A stretch of DNA of 64,000 nucleotides from an uncultured Candidatus Saccharibacteria bacterium (lineage in GTDB: Bacteria; Patescibacteriota; Dojkabacteria; SC72; WJKH01). The stretch spans positions 16,169 through 80,168 of the forward strand of contig CAZRRH010000004.1 in the NCBI GenBank assembly GCA_964602665.1. Reading direction: 5' to 3'. The notes beneath the pieces were generated by a model that did not search any database, was not told where the DNA came from, and saw only the letters and a list, made by a program, of their open reading frames with translations. A program made the position numbers and the translations under genes. Below are positions 9,701-20,904 of the stretch, piece after piece (the stretch's first letter is position 1; the number at the start of each line of letters is the position of its first letter).

Positions 9701-10918
9701 CTAGACATTGAAATTCGCAGCTAGGTTGAACATTGGCAAATAAACAGCAGCAGCAATCAGTGCAACAGCTCCTCCCATGACAATTAAAACCAGTGGTTCC
9801 ATAAGTGTTGATAAATTCGCAGTCATATTGTTAACTTCATCTTCATAAAACTGAGCCAATTTGTCTAAAACATCATCCAAGGCACCAGTCTCCTCACCAA
9901 CAGACACCATCTGTCCTACAAGCATAGGAAACTGTTTCGTTCTTATAAAAGGTAAAGACATAGAGCTTCCCCTTTCTACATCAGTCTTTGCTAATAATAC
10001 AGCCTCTCTAAATATTACATTGCTAAGAGAGTTTGCAGTAAGTCTTAAACTCTCAGAAACCGACAATCCACTTCTCATAAGCAATCCTAATACCCTAGAA
10101 AACTGAGCTAATTGCATGTTTGTTATGAGGATGCCAAAAACAGGAATTTTTAGCACTAACAGATTTAAAACTCGCTTCCCCTTAGCATTATCTGCATATG
10201 CCTTAAAGCCAATTACCAAAAGAACTATCACGATTATACAAAGCCACCAATATCCTAATACAATATCGCTTAGATAAACAAAGAACATTGTGACAGCAGG
10301 CAATTTATCAACACCGATTGTCTGATAAATATCTTGCATAGCTGGTATGAGTACAACAACAAGCAGAACAATAACTCCAATTAATAGTACGACCATAATT
10401 GCAGGATATATCATCGCTCCTTTTATCTTATCTCTTAAGGCTTTTTTCTTCTCCATCTCGGTTGCAAGTCTTGACAATACGATATCCATATTACCGCTTT
10501 CCTCACCTGCGCTTATCAAGCTAATCGTTATCTCATCAAAGACATTTTTGGTTTTTTTTAACGCCCTTGAAAAACTTATTCCTGCTTCAACATCACCAAG
10601 AACCTGTTGGATGTTTCTTTTAAAATATGGATTTTTTATCTGTGAGATAAGGATACGAAGACTTTGAGGCATTGTAAGGCCAGAGTTAACCATTGTCGCA
10701 AGTTGTCTCATAAAAACGACTTTTTCCTTGATTGGTATTCCACCGACATTAACCTGTTCAAATCTGCCAAAATTAATCCCTGAGTCTTCAGCAATTTTTA
10801 TCACTGTCAAACCTTTGCTAAGAAGGGAGTCGACGGCTAAAGCCTTACTTTTTATTTGTATACTATCTTTTACAACGGCTCCTTCTTTTGTTCTTGCTTC
10901 GTAATTAAATTTCGCCAT
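9701..10918 (-). CDS. pilC: Type IV pilus platform protein PilC (T2SS F family)
   Basis: FMRQLATMVNSG, AGEESGNMD, VGEETGALD, MEPLV..YLPMF. Confidence 0.95.
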   Translation of the reverse strand: MAKFNYEARTKEGAVVKDSIQIKSKALAVDSLLSKGLTVIKIAEDSGINFGRFEQVNVGGIPIKEKVVFMRQLATMVNSGLTMPQSLRILISQIKNPYFKRNIQQVLGDVEAGISFSRALKKTKNVFDEITISLISAGEESGNMDIVLSRLATEMEKKKALRDKIKGAMIYPAIMVVLLIGVIVLLVVVLIPAMQDIYQTIGVDKLPAVTMFFVYLSDIVLGYWWLCIIVIVLLVIGFKAYADNAKGKRVLNLLVLKIPVFGILITNMQLAQFSRVLGLLMRSGLSVSESLRLTANSLSNVIFREAVLLAKTDVERGSSMSLPFIRTKQFPMLVGQMVSVGEETGALDDVLDKLAQFYEDEVNNMTANLSTLMEPLVLIVMGGAVALIAAAVYLPMFNLAANFNV

Positions 10919-10943
10919 TTAAACCGTTTAAATAAAAATAAAT

Positions 10944-12698
10944 TTATTCCTTCATTAACCTAATTATTTCTTCTGGCTTTACGGCATATTTTTGAGCAGT
11001 CTCCATCGTTATTGTGCCTTCTCTGACCATTTGCACCAAAGAATGTTCGATAGAAATCATACCTATATCAGCACTTGTTCTGATAACATTATCAATCTGA
11101 TGTGTTTTGCCTTCTCGTATTAAATTCCTAATGGCGGGATTGGCTAACATTATCTCACTAACAGCCTTACGACCTCCACCTGTAATTGGTACTAACCTCT
11201 GAGCAATAACAGCCTCCAAAATGCCCGCTAATTGAGATCTGACTTGATTTTGTTGTTCAGCAGGGAAAACATCAATAATTCTTTCGACTGTCTGAGCAGC
11301 ACTATTTGTGTGCAAAGTCGCAAACACAAGATGACCCGTCTCAGCCAATGTTATAGCAGAAGCAATAGTCTCATAATCACGCATCTCTCCAACTAAAATT
11401 ACATCAGGATCCTCACGAAGGGCGCTCTTCATTGCTATTTCCCAACCATGAGTATCATCACCAACCTCTCTTTGAGACACCATCGCTTTACCCGATGGAT
11501 ACACATACTCTATTGGATCTTCAATTGTTAATATGTGACAAGCTCTTCTCAGATTAATATCTTGAATCATCGCCGCAAGTGTTGTTGATTTACCACTACC
11601 GGTAGGACCCGTTACAAGGATAAAACCCTGATTAAGTTTTGTAAGACTATTATAAACAGTTGGCAAACCCAATTCTTGCATATTTTTTATCCTACTTGGG
11701 ATAAGTCTAAGAGCCATCGAAGGAGTTTTTCTTTGATAAAAAGCATTAATTCTAAATCGTCCTTTATCTTCATAAGAGTAAGCAAAATCAAGTTCTCTAT
11801 TAACTTCTAACTTATCTCTTTTAGCATCATCTAGTAGTGAGAAAACAAGCTCTTGTGCATAATTTTCATCTACAATATCTCCATTTACAGGTACCAAATC
11901 TCCGTCAATTCTCAATTGAGCTGGATAACCAACCTTAATATGCAAATCAGAAGAATTACGATCAATAACCATTTGTAACAGTTCAAAAATAGTATATCTG
12001 CGTGCCTGTACTGATGAAACAACTTGATCAACTTTCTGCTCAAATGGGGTGACTGTATCTGCTTTTGGCAAATCATTAACTGAATCCAAAACTTCTTTTA
12101 CAGGGTTAAGCTTATCGGCATCAATACCGTAATTATCTTGCAATTGATCAATACTATTATCTGGCAGAATATCAGGCTTTTCTAACAAATCCTCATCAGG
12201 CACTACAGGCATAGGAGCGGGCATAACTGGAGCAGGAGACACATAATCTTTTTCTACTAATTCAGGTTCTGGCTTATATGCGTCGACAACACTTGACTCA
12301 GGAAGAATATCTTTCTGGGCAATCTCTTTTACCTGTTCGACATTTTCCTCTATCTTGTGATCTACAACAGCTTCCTTTGCAATAACACTCTGATCAGCTT
12401 CATTATTATTAGCAGCTGAAATTCCCGAGACGGTGCCAGGGTCATTATTCATCTCCTCCTTAAACTGTTTTAATTTACCCAAAAGAGTATCTAGAGTATC
12501 GCTTGATTGCTCATTAGCAACATTTGTACTGTCCGGAGATTCTGAGGCTGTTACAACTGTAGAAACAGGTGACTGTGACGCAGGTGGCTGTGAAATCGGC
12601 GATGTAGTAGGAGCAGATTGGGTAGGGTTAACGGGATTTACTTGACTTGAATTGTCCTGTGGATAAGCGAAGTTGCCTGTTAAATTATTATCGTCCAT
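10944..12698 (-). CDS. pilT: Retraction ATPase PilT with a long N-terminal extension
   Basis: GPTGSGKST, EDPIE, ALREDPDVILVGEMRD, TLHTNSA, AIRNLIRE. Confidence 0.93.
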   Translation of the reverse strand: MDDNNLTGNFAYPQDNSSQVNPVNPTQSAPTTSPISQPPASQSPVSTVVTASESPDSTNVANEQSSDTLDTLLGKLKQFKEEMNNDPGTVSGISAANNNEADQSVIAKEAVVDHKIEENVEQVKEIAQKDILPESSVVDAYKPEPELVEKDYVSPAPVMPAPMPVVPDEDLLEKPDILPDNSIDQLQDNYGIDADKLNPVKEVLDSVNDLPKADTVTPFEQKVDQVVSSVQARRYTIFELLQMVIDRNSSDLHIKVGYPAQLRIDGDLVPVNGDIVDENYAQELVFSLLDDAKRDKLEVNRELDFAYSYEDKGRFRINAFYQRKTPSMALRLIPSRIKNMQELGLPTVYNSLTKLNQGFILVTGPTGSGKSTTLAAMIQDINLRRACHILTIEDPIEYVYPSGKAMVSQREVGDDTHGWEIAMKSALREDPDVILVGEMRDYETIASAITLAETGHLVFATLHTNSAAQTVERIIDVFPAEQQNQVRSQLAGILEAVIAQRLVPITGGGRKAVSEIMLANPAIRNLIREGKTHQIDNVIRTSADIGMISIEHSLVQMVREGTITMETAQKYAVKPEEIIRLMKE

Positions 12699-12781
12699 AC
12701 ATTTACATTATAAAGTTAATTATACATTATGAAGATTGTAATCTATTTGAAATGTTTTGACAATAAACTTATAGTGTAATT

Positions 12782-14614
12782 TTACTCCCTTGTAACACGA
12801 AGAACCTCTTCTATTGTCGTTATTCCCTCGATTACCTTTAAGAAGCCATCTTGTTGCATTGTCACCATACCATCTTTAATAGCAACTTTATGAATATCTC
12901 CAGCAGGACGACTATTCATCATAAGCTGAATTATCTCATCCGTAACTTTTAGAACTTCAAATAAGCCTATTCGTCCACTATATCCTTCACCACCGCATCG
13001 ATCGCATCCCTTGCCTTTGTAAAGATAAAGTTTTAATTTACCATCAGGAGCTTTCTCAGGGCACTTACTTACAATAATTTTATTTGCACTAGCCACATCA
13101 TTCTCTTGCTGTTTAGCTCTTTGTTCAGATAATTTGCACACATTGGTTGCATAGTTGTAGATGTCAAAACCAGTAACAGGCGATAAAGATGCTGTCAAAT
13201 CTCTAACTTCTTCATCAGTAGCAATATACTCTTGTCGGCAAAAAGGGCATATCCTTCTTGAAAGCCTCTGTGCAACAACCAATTTAAGTGTAGCAGCCAA
13301 TAAATACGGCTCTATACCCATTTCAATAAGCCTAGGAATTGCCGATGCAGCACTGTTTGTGTGTAGAGTAGAAAGGACCAAGTGACCAGTCAAAGACGCC
13401 TCAACTGCCAAATTTGCTGTCTCTGCGTCTCTTATCTCTCCAACCATGATCTTATTAGGATCTTGTCGCAAAACAGATCTTAGAGCATTTGCAAATGTAA
13501 ATCCAACATCTGGATTTATATTTACTTGATTAACCCCAGGAACTCTAATTTCGACAGGATTTTCAAGTGATATCACATTTACATCAGGGGTATTAATTTT
13601 ACCAAGTGTGCCAGCAAGAGTAAATGTTTTACCAGAACCAGTAGGACCAGTTATAAGGATAATTCCATTTGTGGCTTTTACAGCGTCCATATATATTTTG
13701 TAAGCAACACCTCTTAATCCTGAATCTTCAATTTTAGGTACACCACCAGTGCTTTCCAAAAGCCTCATAACAATTTTCTCCCCGTAAATAGTCGGCAGAG
13801 ATGAAACACGAATATCAATCTTATATTTAGTTGACTTAATTTGGAATCGGCCATCTTGAGGCACTCTTTTCTCATCTATTTTCATATTTGCAAGGATCTT
13901 ACATCTTGTGACAACGGCGCTAGCCAGATGTTTAGGAAGAGTAAGCTTCTCCATCATAACGCCATGGACTCTAAATCTTACACGCAATTTATTTTCTACT
14001 GGCTCAATATGGATATCTGACGCTTTAACTTTGACAGCATATTGAAGTATTGAGTTAACAATCCTTGTAACAGGAGCGTCACTTAAACTCAGTTCGTCAA
14101 TTTCAGCGCTTGCCCCTTCATCAATTTCTTCTATTTTTTCTCCTGCATCGTCAACCGCAGAAGAAACCTGAGAAGATATTGTTTCACCAAGCTTTCTATT
14201 TATATGAAGATTAACCCCGTCCAGCGTTGTTATAAAAACATCAATTTTTGTATTAGCAGGATATTGCAGTTTCAATGCCTGAATTGCCTGAACATCAAAA
14301 GGATTTACCATCGCTATACTAACACTATTTTCAGTCCTCTCAAATGGAATAGCTTGAAATTTCTGCAAAGCGTCACCTCTAACCTCAGAAAGCAGAGAGT
14401 CTGCAATATTCTTATTTGTTATATCAACATAAGGGATGTTAAAGATGGTCGATTTGGCCTTTACAATGTCAATATTTGAGATAGTACCATCTTGAGCAAG
14501 AGCGATCTCCTCAACAACACCATTTTTTACCATATCGACACGAAGCTGATCTGCTTTTTCTTTTGTAATAGCGCCCTTTTCTTCTAGGTAGTCTATTATC
14601 TTTGTATTACCCAT
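12782..14614 (-). CDS. pilB: Extension ATPase PilB (GspE family)
   Basis: ASDIHIEP, PQDGRF, GPTGSGKT, LRQDP, CPFC...CDRC zinc motif. Confidence 0.95.
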   Translation of the reverse strand: MGNTKIIDYLEEKGAITKEKADQLRVDMVKNGVVEEIALAQDGTISNIDIVKAKSTIFNIPYVDITNKNIADSLLSEVRGDALQKFQAIPFERTENSVSIAMVNPFDVQAIQALKLQYPANTKIDVFITTLDGVNLHINRKLGETISSQVSSAVDDAGEKIEEIDEGASAEIDELSLSDAPVTRIVNSILQYAVKVKASDIHIEPVENKLRVRFRVHGVMMEKLTLPKHLASAVVTRCKILANMKIDEKRVPQDGRFQIKSTKYKIDIRVSSLPTIYGEKIVMRLLESTGGVPKIEDSGLRGVAYKIYMDAVKATNGIILITGPTGSGKTFTLAGTLGKINTPDVNVISLENPVEIRVPGVNQVNINPDVGFTFANALRSVLRQDPNKIMVGEIRDAETANLAVEASLTGHLVLSTLHTNSAASAIPRLIEMGIEPYLLAATLKLVVAQRLSRRICPFCRQEYIATDEEVRDLTASLSPVTGFDIYNYATNVCKLSEQRAKQQENDVASANKIIVSKCPEKAPDGKLKLYLYKGKGCDRCGGEGYSGRIGLFEVLKVTDEIIQLMMNSRPAGDIHKVAIKDGMVTMQQDGFLKVIEGITTIEEVLRVTRE

Positions 14615-14620
14615 ATTACG

Positions 14621-14649
14621 ATTGTACAGTTTATGTTTAATTATGTCAA
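14621..14649 (-). promoter_or_regulatory. Sigma70 promoter of pilB (likely leaderless mRNA)
   Basis: TTGACA-N17-TACAAT; the -10 element ends 6 nt before the ATG. Confidence 0.7.
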
Positions 14650-14735
14650 CAAAGCATAATTAGACTTGACATTTCTAGCCAATCAAGCTATAAATCAATA
14701 TAAGAAAGCGTTTAATCGTCGTTAATAAAATTAGA

Positions 14736-15437
14736 ATGTTACCCAAAATACTAATACATAGTAAAACAGATATACTGCATCAAAATTTGATTTTTGAGCT
14801 CAAATCTTTAATTGACATACAAACGGATTTTGCTCAGCTTTCTAAACATCCCGACATACACTTAGTAACTACAGATAAAAACAGTATCGGTATTGAGCAA
14901 ATAAAACAGCTTCAAAATGATCTTCAATATTTCCCATTGATATTTAAATATCAAATTGGAGTAATTGATCAAGCGCAACTGCTTACACAAGAGGCCCAAA
15001 ACAGCATGCTCAAACTTCTTGAGGAAATAAAAGAGCATACACAAATATACTTTCTCGCAAGCAACGAGAAGGCTCTGCTAAAAACCATTATCTCAAGATG
15101 TCAAATAGTTTTCTGCAATGAGCAAGGATGTACAATTTTAGAAACAACCAATAACAACAAAACCAACGAAGTAAGTAATCAAGCTCAAAATTTTCTAAAA
15201 AACAGCATAACAGATAATTTCCTTCTTGCAGATTTTCTTGTAGAGCAGGACAAAAAGGATCCTTCTGTAATACCCAGTTTTCTGCTTTCTGTAATAGAGG
15301 CTCTTAGGATAAAGAAAGATAAAATCTCTTATGAAAAAATCGATTTAACTCTTACAGCACTGAAGAAAATATCCTCAAACAGCAACAAGAAAAGTACGCT
15401 TAAAAACCTCGCACTTGAAATTTCTTCTCAAATATAG
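14736..15437 (+). CDS. holB: DNA polymerase III delta' subunit-like
   Basis: HPDI, IGIEQIK, EAQNSMLKLLEE, TIISRC. Confidence 0.85.
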   Translation: MLPKILIHSKTDILHQNLIFELKSLIDIQTDFAQLSKHPDIHLVTTDKNSIGIEQIKQLQNDLQYFPLIFKYQIGVIDQAQLLTQEAQNSMLKLLEEIKEHTQIYFLASNEKALLKTIISRCQIVFCNEQGCTILETTNNNKTNEVSNQAQNFLKNSITDNFLLADFLVEQDKKDPSVIPSFLLSVIEALRIKKDKISYEKIDLTLTALKKISSNSNKKSTLKNLALEISSQI

Positions 15438-15452
15438 TACAATGCTAAAGTT

Positions 15453-17354
15453 ATGACAAAATATGATGCATCAAATATCCGTGTATTACAGGGCTTAGAA
15501 GCAGTCCGTAAGCGACCTGCAATGTACATAGGCTCAACGGACACACATGGACTTCACCATATCTTATACGAGGTAATCGACAACTCTGTGGACGAGGCGC
15601 TTGGAGGATTTTGCAACCATATAAAAATCACCCTTGATTCTGACGGATCAATCACAGTACTTGACAATGGAAGAGGAATGCCTGTAGATACTCATTCACA
15701 GACAAAGAAATCCGCGCTTGAAACAATAATGACAAATCTACATGCAGGAGGTAAATTTGATGGAGGAGCTTACAAAACATCTGGAGGACTTCATGGAGTT
15801 GGTATAAAATGCACCAATGCTCTTTCAGAATGGATGCAGACGACTTCCTACAAAGACGGTTACGAATATACTCAAAGATATGAAAGAGGTGATATAAAAA
15901 CTGAAGTAGAAAAGTTAGGGCCCACAGATCAAACAGGGACAAAACACACATTTAAACCTGACTCGGAGATTTTTAAAGAAAGCATAAGCTTTGATCTCCC
16001 CACAATAATAAAAAAGTGTAGAGAGCATGCTTACCTTACAGCAGGCCTTAGATTCACAATTACTGATAATAGAGAAGAGAAACCATCTATTTACGAGCTG
16101 TACTTTGAAGATGGTGTAAAGTCTTTTGTAAAACATTTAAATCTTGATGAAAGTGTAGTTGGAGATATATTCTATGCGAACGCACAGGAGGATGGCATAC
16201 AAGTTGAGATCGCTCTTCAGTACAATGACACAATGAATGAGACTGTAAGATGCTATACAAACAACATTCTAAATCCTGAAGGAGGAACTCATCTGGCAGG
16301 ATTTAGAATGGCATTGACAAAATGCATTGGTAGCTACGCATTGGCTAACTCTTTAATAAAATCGGAAGAAGACTCTTTGACTGGGGATGATATTAGAGAG
16401 GGTCTTACAGCGATACTCTCTGTCCGTGTATCTGACCCACAATTTGAGGGGCAGACAAAAATCAAGTTGAACAATCCTGAGGTCAAATCAGCTGTTTACA
16501 AAGTTGTCAAAGAAAAATTAGATTACTTTTTTGCTGAGAATCCTAGCGAGGCCAAAGCTATAATTGGCAAAGCTGTTTTAGCTTTTAAAGCAAGAGTAGC
16601 TGCCAAAGCCGCAAGAGATGCTGTTATGCGAAAGAACGCGCTTGAAGGTGGCGGACTTCCAGGTAAATTAGCAGACTGCTCATCAAAAGAGCCCGAAGAA
16701 TGCGAATTGTATTTAGTCGAGGGAGATTCCGCAGGCGGAAGTGCAAGACAAGCAAGAAATAGAAGAACACAAGCAGTACTCCCACTAAAAGGTAAACCTA
16801 TGAACAGTCAAAAATATAGAATCGATAGAGTTTTAAGTAATCCAGAGACAAAAGACATGATAACAGCATTTGGATGCGGAATAGGGGAGACTATGGATAC
16901 AAGCAAACTACGATATCATAAAATAGTTATATTAAGTGATGCAGATGTAGATGGACAGCATATTACTACTCTTGTATTGACATTGCTATACAAATTTTTC
17001 AAGCCTCTTATCAAAGAAGGCTATGTATATGTTGCACAACCTCCACTTTTTAAGGTTGAGGTCGGCAAACAACGATGGTATATAGGTTCAATGGAGAAAA
17101 AAGACGAATTTGTAAAGCAATTAATAGCAGAGGGCAAAAAGCCAATAGTAAATAGATTTAAAGGTCTGGGAGAAATGAACCCAGAACAACTCGAAGAAAC
17201 AGTCATGAAGCCAGAAACTAGAACGCTGAAAAAAGTCACAATAGAGGATGCACAGGAGGCAGATAGGGTTTTTGAGATGCTTATGGGAGATGAAGTCCCA
17301 CCAAGAAGGAAATTTATTCAAGAAAATTCAAGATACGCCAATTTGGATGTATAA
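15453..17354 (+). CDS. gyrB: DNA gyrase subunit B
   Basis: VRKRPAMYIG, EVIDNSVDE, GGLHGVG, EGDSAGG, DADVDG, KGLGEM. Confidence 0.97.
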   Translation: MTKYDASNIRVLQGLEAVRKRPAMYIGSTDTHGLHHILYEVIDNSVDEALGGFCNHIKITLDSDGSITVLDNGRGMPVDTHSQTKKSALETIMTNLHAGGKFDGGAYKTSGGLHGVGIKCTNALSEWMQTTSYKDGYEYTQRYERGDIKTEVEKLGPTDQTGTKHTFKPDSEIFKESISFDLPTIIKKCREHAYLTAGLRFTITDNREEKPSIYELYFEDGVKSFVKHLNLDESVVGDIFYANAQEDGIQVEIALQYNDTMNETVRCYTNNILNPEGGTHLAGFRMALTKCIGSYALANSLIKSEEDSLTGDDIREGLTAILSVRVSDPQFEGQTKIKLNNPEVKSAVYKVVKEKLDYFFAENPSEAKAIIGKAVLAFKARVAAKAARDAVMRKNALEGGGLPGKLADCSSKEPEECELYLVEGDSAGGSARQARNRRTQAVLPLKGKPMNSQKYRIDRVLSNPETKDMITAFGCGIGETMDTSKLRYHKIVILSDADVDGQHITTLVLTLLYKFFKPLIKEGYVYVAQPPLFKVEVGKQRWYIGSMEKKDEFVKQLIAEGKKPIVNRFKGLGEMNPEQLEETVMKPETRTLKKVTIEDAQEADRVFEMLMGDEVPPRRKFIQENSRYANLDV

Positions 17355-17380
17355 ATTATTTAAATTTATAAGGCCGTAAT

Positions 17381-18217
17381 ATGGAAATAGAAAAAATCGT
17401 AGCAATGCCGTTTAAGAGCAAGGACTGGTGGAAAAAGCTTGGCTCAATTATGCTTGTAAGATTAATTGCGTCAATAATTATGGGCTTTGTGCTTGTTATT
17501 TTCTACATTTTATCTATTCCAGCTGTTGCACTTATCCCTGTGGACTTTTTTGACGCATATTTCTTAATATTTTTATCTGTAATATTAATATTTAGCAGTT
17601 TTTTCTGGTTAATTAGATTCTACGAGAACGCCTACATAAATAAAATCTCTCTAAATATTCTTAACAAACGAGAAGATATTCTTTCACAACATAAAAACTG
17701 GGTAAGTACAATAAAATTCTACATTAAATTATGTGTTGCACAGTTAATTGCATCTTTTCCTATATGGCTTATGTTTATAATATACACTATTACTTTACTA
17801 CTTTTGATTGTCTTAAGTTCTAATAGTGAATTTGTTAATGAAGCAACAAAATTTATAACAATCTTTAGCATGGTAATAATCTTCTGTATCCTCTTAGTAT
17901 TCTCATTTGTATACAAACTTTTTTTTCTTATGCCTGCAAGATACCGTTTTTTCAAAACTTATAAAATATCCTCTGTGCTTGAAATAGAGAAAATACTGTC
18001 AATAGGTAAGAAAACATGGAAAATAGCGATAAAATATATCCTACAAAATTATTTACTTGCTCTTATAGCATCGATAATACTATATCCGATATATTTGGTA
18101 ATATCATTAATTCCTTTTGGAGGCATGGTTGCTACGGTAATATCTTATACACCAATCCTGGTTTATAGCGGAATTTTATACGGTAATTATTTTACAGAAA
18201 TTGAGAAGGCGATATGA
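17381..18217 (+). CDS. Polytopic membrane protein (DUF4013-like)
   Basis: [12 protein letters not shown]-terminus and several TM helices; sits between gyrB and gyrA. Confidence 0.55.
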   Translation: MEIEKIVAMPFKSKDWWKKLGSIMLVRLIASIIMGFVLVIFYILSIPAVALIPVDFFDAYFLIFLSVILIFSSFFWLIRFYENAYINKISLNILNKREDILSQHKNWVSTIKFYIKLCVAQLIASFPIWLMFIIYTITLLLLIVLSSNSEFVNEATKFITIFSMVIIFCILLVFSFVYKLFFLMPARYRFFKTYKISSVLEIEKILSIGKKTWKIAIKYILQNYLLALIASIILYPIYLVISLIPFGGMVATVISYTPILVYSGILYGNYFTEIEKAI

Positions 18218-20895
18218 ATAATCAGAATATAATAAACAAATCCATCTCAGACGAGATGAAAGAGAGTTACCTAGATTACTCAATGTCCGTAATCGTATCT
18301 AGAGCACTACCAGATGTAAGAGATGGACTTAAGCCATCACAAAGAAGAATATTAGTCGCAATGAACGATTTGCACTTAACACCCGATGCCCATTATCGTA
18401 AATCAGCAAAAATCGCCGGCGACACATCAGGTAACTATCATCCACATGGAGAGGCCGTTATCTATCCAACAATGGTTAAAATGGCACAAGATTTCTCGTT
18501 AAGATATCCACTCGTTGACGGACAGGGAAACTTTGGCTCAATTGATGGAGATCCACCAGCCGCAATGCGTTATACAGAGGCAAAGATGGCAAAGCCTACG
18601 ATTGACATGATAACAGATATTGAAAAAGCAACTGTAACACATATTGGCAACTACGATGCAACTCGCACCGAGCCATCTGTACTTCCTGCACTTTTCCCAA
18701 ATCTTTTGTGCAATGGAACAGATGGTATTGCCGTTGGAATGGCAACAAGAATACCACCACATAATCTTGTAGAAGTTGTTACTGTACTAAGAGAAATGAT
18801 CAAAATGGGTAATAAATGGACAGGCAAAGCTCTTTACAACGAGCTTCGACTTGCCAAAGAGAGCAAAGAGAGAACACCAAGAGTTCTAAACGGATCTCCA
18901 GAAGATATTTACGAAAGCTATATACCGGCAGATACTCCTGACAGAAATATTGAGCTTGATAGAATCCGTAAACAATTATCACAAGAGCCTATCATAACTT
19001 TATACCCGGAATTTGAGTCAGAAATATCCATACAGGAGATAATGAAATTTATACCTGGACCTGATTTTCCAACCGGAGCCATCATTTACGATCAAAAAGA
19101 AATCGAGAATGCTTATGCAACAGGTCGAGGCAGAATCCTCATAAGAGCAAAAGCAGCGATTGAAGAAGATAAGAAAGGCAGATTTACAATAGTAATAACG
19201 GAAGTTCCTTACCAAGTCAACAAATCTGCAATGCAAGAGAAAATTGCTGACTTAGTAAAAGACAAGAAAATCGAAGGCATTTCAGACATAAGAGATGAGT
19301 CAAATAGAGAAGGTCTTAGAGTGGTAATCACTCTGAAAAAAGAAGCCCAGCCAAAGGTTGTATTAAACAAGCTCTTTAAGTACACTGAAATGCAGAAGTC
19401 TTACAACGCGAATATGATCGCGCTTGTGGATGGCGAGCCCCGCACATTAAACCTCAAAAACATGCTTGAGCTTTATCTTACCCACAGATTTAAAATCACA
19501 ATACGCAAATACGAATTTGAGATAGCAAGTGCAAAGTTTAGAGCTCATATTTTGGAGGGATATCTAAAAGCACTTGATGTCATAGATGAGATCATATCAA
19601 CAATAAGAGCATCAAAGACGCAGGAAGATGCTCTTAATAATTTAATCGAAAAATTTGATTTCACACAAGCGCAAGCACAGGCTATCCTAGACATGCAGCT
19701 GCGAAGATTAGCAGCCCTAGAGAGACAAAAAATAGAAGACGAGTACAAAGAAATATCAAAAAAGATAGATTTGTATACAAAAATCCTATCATCAGACACG
19801 GAGGTGTTAAAAGAAATTGATCAGGATTTAGCATACTTACAAGACAAATATTCAGATCCAAGGCGCACAAAAGTAGTAAAAGGCAAAGTTGACGAAATAA
19901 CAGTCGAGGATATTGTAGCAGAAGAAGAGACACTAATAACAATAAGCCATGCAGGATATATAAAAAGAGCATCACCACAGCTTTACAAAACTCAAAACAG
20001 AGGAGGCAAAGGAATAATTGGCGCAACGACAAAAGAAGATGATTACATAGAACATGCGATTGCATGCTCTACACATGATGAATTACTTATTTTTACAAAC
20101 TTTGGAAAGGTTTATTCATTAAAAGCTCATGAAATACCAGACTTTAAACGAACAGCAAAAGGAATTCCAATCGTAAATCTTCTACAATTATCACAAAATG
20201 AGAGCGTCACAACAGTGCTTGTAAACAATAATACAACCTGTGGAATTAATGACGATGTAAAAGCAGGTGAAAGCAATGCATTACCAGTGAAATACCTCTT
20301 TATGGCGACAAAACATGGATATGTCAAAAAAACAGATATATGCAATTTCCAAAACATTCGAAATTCAGGCCTCGTAGCAATAAAATTAAATGATCAAGAT
20401 GAGCTAGGCTGGATTGAGAAGACAACAGGTCAAGATAAAATCATGCTTATAACCAAAAAAGGTAAATGCATAAGATTTAATGAGAAAGATGTCAGAGAAA
20501 TGGGTCGAACCGCAAGAGGTGTTACAGGAATAAGGATGAAACAGGATGGAGATACTGTTATAGCAATGGTAAAAGCCAACAATGAAAATGACAAGCTTCT
20601 GGTAATATCAGAAAAAGGAATGGGGAAAACAACAAAACTTGCTCAGTACGCAGCTCAAAGAAGAGGTGGAAGCGGGGTTTTTACATTTAGGATGAAAGCT
20701 GTAAATAAAACAGGAGTACTTGTAAACGCAAAAATAGTAGACAAAAGCATAACAGAAGCTATGATAATCTCGGAAAAAGGGATAATTATTAAAATTCCTA
20801 TAACAAGTGTAAAAGAGCTCAACAGACAAACATCTGGAGTCAAAGTGATGAACATGAGTGGAGACGATAAAGTCAGCGCAATTGTGTTATTATAA
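18214..20895 (+). CDS. gyrA: DNA gyrase subunit A
   Basis: [25 protein letters not shown], GyrA-box QNRGGKG. Confidence 0.97.
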   Translation: MNNQNIINKSISDEMKESYLDYSMSVIVSRALPDVRDGLKPSQRRILVAMNDLHLTPDAHYRKSAKIAGDTSGNYHPHGEAVIYPTMVKMAQDFSLRYPLVDGQGNFGSIDGDPPAAMRYTEAKMAKPTIDMITDIEKATVTHIGNYDATRTEPSVLPALFPNLLCNGTDGIAVGMATRIPPHNLVEVVTVLREMIKMGNKWTGKALYNELRLAKESKERTPRVLNGSPEDIYESYIPADTPDRNIELDRIRKQLSQEPIITLYPEFESEISIQEIMKFIPGPDFPTGAIIYDQKEIENAYATGRGRILIRAKAAIEEDKKGRFTIVITEVPYQVNKSAMQEKIADLVKDKKIEGISDIRDESNREGLRVVITLKKEAQPKVVLNKLFKYTEMQKSYNANMIALVDGEPRTLNLKNMLELYLTHRFKITIRKYEFEIASAKFRAHILEGYLKALDVIDEIISTIRASKTQEDALNNLIEKFDFTQAQAQAILDMQLRRLAALERQKIEDEYKEISKKIDLYTKILSSDTEVLKEIDQDLAYLQDKYSDPRRTKVVKGKVDEITVEDIVAEEETLITISHAGYIKRASPQLYKTQNRGGKGIIGATTKEDDYIEHAIACSTHDELLIFTNFGKVYSLKAHEIPDFKRTAKGIPIVNLLQLSQNESVTTVLVNNNTTCGINDDVKAGESNALPVKYLFMATKHGYVKKTDICNFQNIRNSGLVAIKLNDQDELGWIEKTTGQDKIMLITKKGKCIRFNEKDVREMGRTARGVTGIRMKQDGDTVIAMVKANNENDKLLVISEKGMGKTTKLAQYAAQRRGGSGVFTFRMKAVNKTGVLVNAKIVDKSITEAMIISEKGIIIKIPITSVKELNRQTSGVKVMNMSGDDKVSAIVLL

Positions 20896-20904
20896 CAATT
20901 TTAA

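Noticed and set aside
18800-19020. Intein in GyrA
   Set aside because: The insert is short, has no N-terminal Cys/Ser and C-terminal His-Asn splice motifs, and is not at the catalytic-Tyr intein site.
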